Positions 1 through 5,136 of a stretch of 10,097 nucleotides of DNA are shown here, one piece after another. A program made the translations under genes and the position numbers. The stretch is from IMG/VR virus record IMGVR_UViG_2537561978_000012, positions 1 through 10,097 of that record; one strand, written 5' to 3'. Position 1 is the first letter of the stretch; the number at the start of each line of letters is the position of its first letter. Source of the stretch: a virus. Taxonomy: Duplodnaviria; Heunggongvirae; Uroviricota; Caudoviricetes. A model generated the notes under the pieces. That model was not told the origin of the DNA, did no database searches, and was given only the letters and a program-made list of their open reading frames with translations.

Positions 1-189
1 TAGTGCCAGCACGGTTTCTGGTCCGGTCAGAAATTTGAAGGCGTTGAGCGCATCAATATCCACACCGTAATCCTTAAGTTCCTGTTCACTTAACAAATCA
101 TCATCAACTGGCAACATTAACAGGCGTTCCATTGCCGGAATTGCACGTTCTGCCGCCTCACGCAGTGCCTGATAATTAATTTCGCTCAC
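1..189 (-). CDS. Partial ORF running off the left edge; Ea22-like N-terminus (tentative)
   Basis: Minus-strand frame is open from a GTG at 189..187 to position 1 (63 codons, no stop). GGAGGA Shine-Dalgarno lies about 8 nt upstream, and the GTG overlaps the TGA stop of the upstream gene (GTGA). Translation begins VSEINYQALREAAERAIPAMERLL, which resembles my recollection of the lambda Ea22 N-terminus. Not in the ORF track because it is incomplete. Confidence 0.4.
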   Translation of the reverse strand, partial: MSEINYQALREAAERAIPAMERLLMLPVDDDLLSEQELKDYGVDIDALNAFKFLTGPETVLAL

Positions 190-410
190 TCTTCATCCTC
201 CAAGTCGGCAACGGCGTCCATCACATCAGAACCGCGAATAACCTCAAAAGCACGGCAGGCCATTTGAAATACCAGTTGCTCTTGCGGGTGAGGAGACTCC
301 CAATATTTGAAGCCTGGGCGATGCGTGTACCCCATCATTGAATAAAAATCACCAGCAAGCTTAATCGCGGCATCGACAAGCTCTCTGTTAGTCATTCTTT
401 TTCCGCTCAC
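186..410 (-). CDS. Hypothetical small phage protein (74 aa)
   Basis: Complete ORF in the track. Start codon is GTG at 410..408, preceded by a strong AAGGAGG Shine-Dalgarno about 8 nt upstream. Lies in a same-strand run of small genes; no family recognised. Confidence 0.5.
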   Translation of the reverse strand: MSGKRMTNRELVDAAIKLAGDFYSMMGYTHRPGFKYWESPHPQEQLVFQMACRAFEVIRGSDVMDAVADLEDEE

Positions 411-702
411 TGGCTGCCTCCTTTACTGGGCTTTCGAATGTATCAAACTCAAACAACTTAACTACGTCATCAAACAGGACATAATCGCCATCAGAATCTT
501 CAGTCATGTCAGCGCCACAATCCTGACCGAACGAGTCACAACCATCCATATCAAGCTCGTATCGCTTGAGTTTTGCGATATTTGATAAATTCAGCGCCAG
601 TACAGCAAGGTCATAAACCTCATCAGCGGTATACCCGGCACCATGCCCATACATTTCAATACGGGATATGATTTCTTCTACACGTTGTTTTGTGATCGTC
701 AT
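388..702 (-). CDS. Hypothetical strongly acidic protein (104 aa)
   Basis: ATG at 702..700 overlaps the TGA stop of the upstream gene (ATGA). By my count about 24 Asp/Glu against about 11 Lys/Arg, with an acidic C-terminal half (DMTEDSDGDYVLFDDVVKLFEFDTFE). No family recognised. Confidence 0.55.
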   Translation of the reverse strand: MTITKQRVEEIISRIEMYGHGAGYTADEVYDLAVLALNLSNIAKLKRYELDMDGCDSFGQDCGADMTEDSDGDYVLFDDVVKLFEFDTFESPVKEAASERKKND

Positions 703-1115
703 TTTTGCTCACCTTCCTGTTCTTCCAGAAAAATACGCATAGCCTCAAGCATCTCTTCGGTGTCATACGGAGACAGCTTGTCACGCAGGATGTGTTCAAT
801 GCTGTTAATGAACTTGCGGATTGCTTTGCGTTCAATTTCAGCCAGGAAAGCGTCGGTGGCTGGGGTTTCCGTGAAGTTGTCCTCCCAACCGTAGTACTCC
901 TGACGACAGAAGTTATTAAATTCCTTCTCCGACTGTTTAAGCCCAGCATTCTCCGCTGCCAGCGCATTAGCACGCACCAGTTGCACTTCCAGTTGCGTTG
1001 CCAAATAGCTGATCAGCTTTGCCACACTGCGCATATCAACGGCACCACATTCTGCTTTCAGTTCCGAAGCCATCTCATGCCCGGCGGCAACTAACCCTTT
1101 GATATTACTTTCCAT
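699..1115 (-). CDS. Hypothetical phage protein (138 aa), probably alpha-helical / coiled-coil
   Basis: ATG at 1115..1113 with a GAGGG Shine-Dalgarno 6-7 nt upstream; stop overlaps the next start. Sequence is rich in A/E/L/K heptad-like stretches. No family recognised. Confidence 0.6.
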   Translation of the reverse strand: MESNIKGLVAAGHEMASELKAECGAVDMRSVAKLISYLATQLEVQLVRANALAAENAGLKQSEKEFNNFCRQEYYGWEDNFTETPATDAFLAEIERKAIRKFINSIEHILRDKLSPYDTEEMLEAMRIFLEEQEGEQK

Positions 1116-1176
1116 CTTTACCCTCGCTTATCCACATAACTTATTGATTACATTGATAACTAAAAAGATCGTCGAT

Positions 1177-1521
1177 TCAGAACTCTTCGATGTTCCAGCC
1201 GCCACCTGCTTTCTTTGGTTTAACCGTTACCCCGATGATTCGGAACGGATACTGATCTGCGGCTACTTTGGTTTTCACTCTGGCGTCGTCGGTCCAGAAA
1301 CCTTTCACTTCGTGCAGTTCCATCTCTCCGGTGGCGAGCATCACAGCGAAATCGGGCGTATAGAACGTGTTGTCAGCTAACCGCAGCTTAATACCCTCGA
1401 ATAGATACCAGGCGATTTCCCCTGCACGTTTACGCTGCTCAAGGTGCTGGCAATACGCAGATTCTGTTTTGTTCATCTGGCCTGTTTTGAGTCGACCAAG
1501 AGCCTGTATCTGTTTTCTCAT
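1177..1521 (-). CDS. DUF1064-like PD-(D/E)XK-fold protein (putative nin-region nuclease)
   Basis: ATG at 1521..1519. An AGAGG Shine-Dalgarno sits inside the operator palindrome at 1525-1539. Protein has a PD...E.HEVKG arrangement (YTPDF ... ELHEVKG) typical of small PD-(D/E)XK nucleases; overall resembles the about 115 aa DUF1064 phage proteins as I recall them. Confidence 0.55.
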   Translation of the reverse strand: MRKQIQALGRLKTGQMNKTESAYCQHLEQRKRAGEIAWYLFEGIKLRLADNTFYTPDFAVMLATGEMELHEVKGFWTDDARVKTKVAADQYPFRIIGVTVKPKKAGGGWNIEEF

Positions 1522-1524
1522 GAT

Positions 1525-1601
1525 TTACCTCTAAGGTAATTAAAAACCACATAAGACACGAAATCAATAGAGTTTAGAATATTTTATTACCTCACAGGTA
1601 A
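1525..1601 (-). promoter_or_regulatory. Operator pair plus candidate leftward promoter for the nin-like operon
   Basis: Two perfect TTACC-N5-GGTAA palindromes at 1525-1539 (TTACCTCTAAGGTAA) and 1587-1601 (TTACCTCACAGGTAA), 62 bp centre to centre. On the minus strand a TAAAAT -10-like hexamer immediately follows the 1587-1601 site, and a TTGATT / TTTAAT pair lies between the sites. The 1525-1539 site covers the Shine-Dalgarno and abuts the ATG at 1521. Confidence 0.55.
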
Positions 1602-1611
1602 TTATCGAGAC

Positions 1612-1633
1612 GTAAAAAAATGCGCTATCGCGC
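1612..1633 (-). terminator. Weak intrinsic-terminator-like element downstream of the P-like gene
   Basis: On the minus strand, immediately after the stop at 1641..1639: GCGC-GATA-GCGC hairpin (4 bp GC stem) followed by a T7 run (plus-strand A7 at 1614-1620). Stem is short, so strength is doubtful. Confidence 0.3.
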
Positions 1634-1638
1634 TGGTA

Positions 1639-2415
1639 TTACTTGATAAATCCTGCCGCCTTTCCCCGCCTGTATTCCTCCATCAGCCACTGCGCCGGTG
1701 TTATTCCCCCAAGGGTGGCGGCGTTAGGCATGCACCCGAAACTTCGCCCTGGTGGATGGTAAACGTCTCTCCCTGTGTCCGGAGGCGTACTCATGGGTTC
1801 TGGCTTTGCCTGTATGCTGATCACCGGATCCGGTATCTGCTGTCCGGAAGCCACCTTTTTCGCCCAATCATCGAGCAGCCTGCGCGCGTGTTTCTCAACC
1901 TCAATCTCGCTAAGCTGGCGCTGATACATTGCACGGCGGGTATCACATACGACCCAGTACATAACCGGATGTCGCCACGGGAATCTTTCGGGACCACCAG
2001 GATATAAACTTTTTTCCTTGCTGTACCGGTGAAACTCCGCCATCACATCGTCAATGGTGACGCCAAGAACCATCTTGCTGTCTTTACACCACTTGATGAA
2101 TTGCCCTGGCGACGGCCAGAACGGAGACTCACTGGCGCGGGCGTGGCGCATACCAGCGTTAACCTGTTCCATTGTAGTGATCCCATTCTCCAGAAACGCA
2201 AGCATCCATTGCTTACGGAATTCATTAAGTTTGTTCTGCTCCCTTATGGTCGAAACGCTTGCGGGAAATGCAGCCTGTAACTGGACAAATAGTTCATTGA
2301 AAATTCTAGCGACCTGCTCCTTTTTGCCATTGCTGTCACGCCGCTCTTCATGCACAGCAACACCATGCTCACGTAAGCGATCGTACTCATTGAGAAGTTC
2401 TGGAGTTGATTTCAT
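1639..2415 (-). CDS. Lambda P-like replication protein (DnaB helicase loader)
   Basis: 258 aa. Long collinear similarity to lambda P as I recall it: AAFPASV...NEFRKQWMLAFLENGITTMEQVNAGMRHAR...PFWPSPGQFIKWCKD versus lambda ATFPASL...NEIRRQWVLAFRENGITTMEQVNAGMRVAR...PFLPSPGQFVAWCRE. ATG at 2415..2413 with an AAGGGG Shine-Dalgarno; start overlaps the 3' end of the upstream O-like gene. Confidence 0.85.
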   Translation of the reverse strand: MKSTPELLNEYDRLREHGVAVHEERRDSNGKKEQVARIFNELFVQLQAAFPASVSTIREQNKLNEFRKQWMLAFLENGITTMEQVNAGMRHARASESPFWPSPGQFIKWCKDSKMVLGVTIDDVMAEFHRYSKEKSLYPGGPERFPWRHPVMYWVVCDTRRAMYQRQLSEIEVEKHARRLLDDWAKKVASGQQIPDPVISIQAKPEPMSTPPDTGRDVYHPPGRSFGCMPNAATLGGITPAQWLMEEYRRGKAAGFIK

Positions 2416-3217
2416 CCCACACCCCTTCTATCCAGTCAGTGTTATTCCAGTCAAGCTCATCGCTTTTCCCGGCGTTTTTTGATTTTCCCCTGATATGATT
2501 TACGTGCCTGGCGAATTTTTGTTCCCACTGAACCTGCGTGAACACTTTGCCCTCAGCCATCCAGTAATCCCGGAATGCAGCAAGTTCAGCAGGTGTAAAT
2601 TCCGGTTCCGGCAGGGCCGTTCCCCACAGCGCAGCACGCCGTCGAAAATCCGGCGACGGATGCCAGCCATCGGTCATCGGAAATTTCCCGATGGGTTCAC
2701 TCAGGCCATCCAGAAATTCAGGTTCAGCCACCTGCAACGGCATACCGTTCGCTTCACTGGTCGGAGCACCCTCGCGCACGTGCGCTATGTGTGGGGTTTT
2801 ATATATATCTTCCTCTTCCTCTTCCTCTGGTAACTCCTTTTGTAACGCTGTTGGCGTTACTTTTTGCGTTACTCGTTTTCGATGCTCTGCCACTCTTCTA
2901 TTCGTAAGTGCACGTTTTTTCGATGATTCTCCATTGTGTCGCTCAAAGTTTGGAAGAATTAGTTTGCCGTCATGATAAGCAAGCCATCCGACGCTAATGA
3001 GGGCGTCAGCAAATCCTGTAATAAAAGCGAGTCTATCAAGTACTCCTTTTGTAACGCTGCCAGCGTTACCGTCTATTGTTTGCTGGTCAGCCCATGCCCA
3101 TATACGAACCAGCTTTCCAAGAACAGCATCTGGATCAATACCCAGAATTTCTGCTATCTGAAAAATTTCAGGTTTATCAGGAGTGATAACTTCAACCTTA
3201 ATCCAGCTGCTTGCCAT
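2387..3217 (-). CDS. O-like replication initiator (HTH N-terminus, acidic linker, DnaT-like C-terminus; tentative)
   Basis: Track ORF is 2387..3235 beginning at a GTG. I prefer the ATG at 3217..3215 (MASSWIKVEV...) because GAGGGG lies about 7 nt upstream. Sits immediately upstream of and overlapping the P-like gene, carries an EEEEEE linker and internal iteron-like DNA repeats. Not similar in sequence to lambda O; assignment rests on position and architecture. Confidence 0.65.
   Translation of the reverse strand: MASSWIKVEVITPDKPEIFQIAEILGIDPDAVLGKLVRIWAWADQQTIDGNAGSVTKGVLDRLAFITGFADALISVGWLAYHDGKLILPNFERHNGESSKKRALTNRRVAEHRKRVTQKVTPTALQKELPEEEEEEDIYKTPHIAHVREGAPTSEANGMPLQVAEPEFLDGLSEPIGKFPMTDGWHPSPDFRRRAALWGTALPEPEFTPAELAAFRDYWMAEGKVFTQVQWEQKFARHVNHIRGKSKNAGKSDELDWNNTDWIEGVWDEINSRTSQ
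2797..3069. repeat. Iteron-like repeat array inside the O-like gene (candidate replication origin)
   Basis: Two perfect 19-bp palindromes GTAACGC-N5-GCGTTAC at 2842-2860 and 3051-3069, each preceded by the identical 18-mer ACTCCTTTTGTAACGCTG (2833-2850 and 3042-3059). Extra GCGTTAC half-site at 2866-2872; CGTTTT(TT)CGATG direct repeats at 2874-2884 and 2913-2925; (TA)-rich tract TTTTATATATAT at 2797-2808; (CTTCCT)3 at 2809-2826. Confidence 0.5.
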
Positions 3218-3410
3218 AGGTTTCCCCTCTTGCACTCTTTAGTGCACAAGCAAATTCATTACGATGGCGGTTGGCGCTATTCATTGCACATTCAACACAT
3301 GTTCCGTTCAGAACATACCTTTCAGAGAGATGGCCGTGACGGCACCGCTTTCCTGTGAAATAGCGATTTAACCCGGCTTTTGCGGCCTCCATTCTGGTTA
3401 CTATCTTCAA
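3198..3410 (-). CDS. Small zinc-ribbon-like protein at the cII position (hypothetical)
   Basis: Track ORF starts at a TTG (3410..3408) with an AAGAGG Shine-Dalgarno about 9 nt upstream; alternative ATG at 3392..3390 (MEAAKAG...) has no obvious Shine-Dalgarno. Contains C-x-H-x-H ... C-x2-C (KRCRHGH...CVEC). Its 3' end overlaps the O-like start region. No similarity to lambda CII noted. Confidence 0.45.
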   Translation of the reverse strand: MKIVTRMEAAKAGLNRYFTGKRCRHGHLSERYVLNGTCVECAMNSANRHRNEFACALKSARGETYGKQLD

Positions 3411-3517
3411 TTTTTCCGCCTCTTTTTGTTATTGATATTGGCTATTTTGCACAATTGGAAAATTTGATCAACCAGATTTGGTTTTTTATTACCTTTGAGG
3501 TACGAATAGATATGAAA

Positions 3518-3537
3518 AGACCGCCGGGTGGCGGTCT
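3518..3537 (-). terminator. tR1-position hairpin (possible partial terminator / attenuator)
   Basis: Perfect 8-bp stem AGACCGCC / GGCGGTCT with loop GGGT, located between the Cro-like gene end (3559) and the zinc-ribbon gene. On the minus strand it is followed by TTTCATATC, a weak U-tract. No T-run on the plus strand. Confidence 0.35.
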
Positions 3538-3558
3538 ACAGAGGGTTGTAGCTGGATA

Positions 3559-3789
3559 TCATGAGTAGAAGAAGTATGCCAGTTCTGCTTTTGAGCGCAG
3601 CCATTGTCTTGTTTTACAGGCTTTAAAAAGCCCATTCATCAATACTTTACCTGGCATTTTGCGCTTACCTGTTAAGTGAGTCTGGATATAGTGACTCGTC
3701 GTTCCGGCTTCCTGTGCGAAGGCTTCACGCTCATCCGGAGTAAGTGCAAGCCAGTGCTTTTTGAAATCGAAATGTCCGTTATCGCTCAT
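3559..3789 (-). CDS. Cro-like small HTH regulator
   Basis: 76 aa; ATG at 3789..3787. First gene leftward from the divergent operator region, facing the repressor gene. Predicted helix-turn-helix around EAFAQEAGTTSHYIQTHLTGKR. Position and size match a Cro analogue; no direct similarity to lambda Cro. Confidence 0.55.
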   Translation of the reverse strand: MSDNGHFDFKKHWLALTPDEREAFAQEAGTTSHYIQTHLTGKRKMPGKVLMNGLFKACKTRQWLRSKAELAYFFYS

Positions 3790-3821
3790 AGCTATTGCCT
3801 GATATTTATTTCAGATAATAA

Positions 3822-3888
3822 ATATTCACCCATAAGGTAACAAAAATCAAGGATAGTTACCTATGAGGTGCATTTACCTGTTGGGTAA
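3822..3888. promoter_or_regulatory. OR-like tripartite operator with divergent promoters
   Basis: Site C 3874-3888 TTACCTGTTGGGTAA (perfect); site B 3857-3871 TTACCTATGAGGTGC (left half perfect, right half 3/5); site A 3826-3840 TCACCCATAAGGTAA (one mismatch). Candidate leftward promoter on the minus strand: -35 TTGATT (plus 3845-3850), 17-bp spacer, -10 GAATAT (plus 3822-3827), with site A inside the spacer/-10. The rightward repressor promoter is not confidently located; TAATAT at 3886-3891 is a candidate -10. Confidence 0.6.
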
Positions 3889-3943
3889 TATTGCTTTAAA
3901 TTGAATCATCTACTGATTCATATATGAGGCGATTTTCCAGAAA

Positions 3944-4528
3944 ATGAAAAGTATCCAGGACGTCCGCAGGCAAAATCTCAACGACTTGATCGACCGTGAA
4001 TTCAATGGTGTTCAGACGCGGATGGCAGAAAAACTTGGAACTCAGGCAAATCTGGTAAACCGCTGGGCTCTTGGCAAGAAGGTTATCGGCGACCAGGTTG
4101 CGCGAAAAATTGAAGCTGCCGCCAATAAACCCCGTAACTGGCTTGATATCGATCGCTCGCTTTCTCAGGAGGGGTTTCAGCCTGTCGGCCCAAGCGACAT
4201 TGGTCAGCTGGCGGCTCACAACCTGGAACGCTGGATGAGCGAAAGCCGCGACCTTTCAACGCAGGGAAAACTACACCGCGCATCCGGCGTCGCCCAGGTG
4301 ACAATCAGCCGCCTGTTAAACAATGAAGTCAGCGTTTCCATTTCCACCCTAGAGAATGTTGCATCCGCATTCGGGCGTCACGGCTATGAATTACTGATTC
4401 ACCCGCACGACCCTGCGACTATCAACTATGACCGCTCGCGCTACGCATTGTTACCCGAAACAGAGAAGGCAAAGATCGAAAGTTACATTGAATTTGTCAT
4501 CAGCCAGAACGAAAGAAGCAAACAATAA
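3944..4528 (+). CDS. Prophage repressor, CI-position, dual helix-turn-helix, no S24 peptidase domain
   Basis: 194 aa. First ATG of the frame at 3944, in-frame stop upstream at 3914-3916, no convincing Shine-Dalgarno. Two HTH-like segments: MAEKLGTQANLVNRWALGKK (N-terminal) and LHRASGVAQVTISRLLNNEVSVSISTL (C-terminal). No Ala-Gly / Ser...Lys autocleavage module evident. Divergent from the Cro-like gene, followed by a terminator and then the pL-like promoter, i.e. the lambda cI layout. Confidence 0.7.
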   Translation: MKSIQDVRRQNLNDLIDREFNGVQTRMAEKLGTQANLVNRWALGKKVIGDQVARKIEAAANKPRNWLDIDRSLSQEGFQPVGPSDIGQLAAHNLERWMSESRDLSTQGKLHRASGVAQVTISRLLNNEVSVSISTLENVASAFGRHGYELLIHPHDPATINYDRSRYALLPETEKAKIESYIEFVISQNERSKQ

Positions 4529-4548
4529 AACTATAGTTTTCAGTAAGT

Positions 4549-4573
4549 AAGCCGCCTCATGGCGGCTTTTTTA
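4549..4573 (+). terminator. Rho-independent terminator after the repressor gene (tImm-like)
   Basis: AAGCCGCC-TCAT-GGCGGCTT hairpin (GC-rich 6-8 bp stem) followed directly by a T-run at 4567-4572, 21 nt after the TAA stop at 4526-4528. Confidence 0.75.
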
Positions 4574-4585
4574 TTGCCAACAAGA

Positions 4586-4662
4586 TTACCTTATGGGTAA
4601 TTTTTTTAACTCATATCTATTGACATCAAACCAAATACGCATAATTATTACCTCAACGGTAA
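4586..4662 (+). promoter_or_regulatory. pL-like early promoter flanked by two perfect operators
   Basis: Perfect palindromes at 4586-4600 (TTACCTTATGGGTAA) and 4648-4662 (TTACCTCAACGGTAA). Between them a consensus -35 TTGACA at 4620-4625 and an A/T-rich -10 candidate (AATTAT, 4643-4648) after a 17-bp spacer. The downstream site overlaps the -10 and start region. Confidence 0.65.
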
Positions 4663-4681
4663 CAGACCGAGGTAACAAGTT

Positions 4682-4834
4682 ATGCAGTGGAAAATCATCA
4701 ACGGTTGGTACTGCGTTACTGCATGCGGATTCATGAGCTGGAAGTTCCGCACCTTACAGGAAGGCATTAAGTGGGCTTTCGTCAGCAAAGAAGCTCGCGA
4801 TGTGGCCAACGATAACGAGATATGGGAGGGCTGA
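4682..4834 (+). CDS. Untracked small ORF (50 aa), first gene of the pL-like operon
   Basis: ATG at 4682 preceded by GAGGT at 4669-4673 (8-nt spacing); TGA at 4832-4834, two nucleotides before the next ATG. Hand translation: MQWKIINGWYCVTACGFMSWKFRTLQEGIKWAFVSKEARDVANDNEIWEG. Missing from the track only because it is shorter than the shortest listed ORF. Not Arg-rich, so not N-like. Confidence 0.4.
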   Translation: MQWKIINGWYCVTACGFMSWKFRTLQEGIKWAFVSKEARDVANDNEIWEG

Positions 4835-4836
4835 TA

Positions 4837-5136
4837 ATGAACGTTAATCAGCAGAAAAATCTTCAAAAAATCATGCTGGCATTCGACAAGGACTACCGCC
4901 TGTCAGAACAGCTATATGACCGACAAGTTGAACTGATTGAGAGCATCCGACTTCATCAACTGTCCTCAACTTTCGACGTTGTAACAGGCAAAGGCGTTCG
5001 TCAGGAAGTGCTGGAGGCTGCTAAAGACAGCCCTGAGTTCGAAGAACTGATGGATTCCTACCGGCGCGAGGCAATGGCAATTATAGCGCGCTGGGATCTG
5101 GCGGATCAGCTTGATGGGCAGAGGGAAGCGGCATGA
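4837..5136 (+). CDS. Hypothetical protein (99 aa) immediately upstream of the exonuclease
   Basis: Track ORF 4822..5136 begins at a non-ATG codon; ATG at 4837 (MNVNQQ...) follows a GGGAGGG Shine-Dalgarno. Stop overlaps the exonuclease start (ATGA at 5133-5136). No family recognised. Confidence 0.6.
   Translation: MNVNQQKNLQKIMLAFDKDYRLSEQLYDRQVELIESIRLHQLSSTFDVVTGKGVRQEVLEAAKDSPEFEELMDSYRREAMAIIARWDLADQLDGQREAA

Noticed and set aside
643-1380. Plus-strand ORFs 643-894, 705-1094 and 1099-1380, and the minus-strand ORF 656-973
   Set aside because: They lie entirely inside, or antisense to, the better-supported minus-strand genes 388-702, 699-1115 and 1177-1521, which have Shine-Dalgarno sequences and coupled start/stop overlaps. 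Treated as shadow ORFs.
1756-3358. Track ORFs 1756-2007, 2029-2280, 2043-2225, 2054-2482, 2495-2833, 2691-2975 and 2972-3358
   Set aside because: All overlap the P-like and O-like replication genes, mostly in antisense or out of frame. The P-like assignment has strong sequence support, so these are frame shadows.
3380-4304. Track ORFs 3380-3568 (+), 3896-4219 (-) and 4083-4304 (-)
   Set aside because: The first spans an intergenic hairpin region with no ribosome-binding site. The other two are antisense to the repressor gene and to the operator/promoter region.
4663-4681. Search for N-utilisation (boxA/boxB) elements downstream of the pL-like promoter
   Set aside because: No CGCTCTTA-like boxA or short GC-stem hairpin with a purine-rich loop was seen between the promoter and the first ORF, and the first ORF is not Arg-rich. 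N-type antitermination is therefore not supported.
4648-4866. Minus-strand ORF 4648-4866
   Set aside because: Antisense to the pL-like promoter and to the well-supported plus-strand small ORF with a Shine-Dalgarno; it would start inside an operator.
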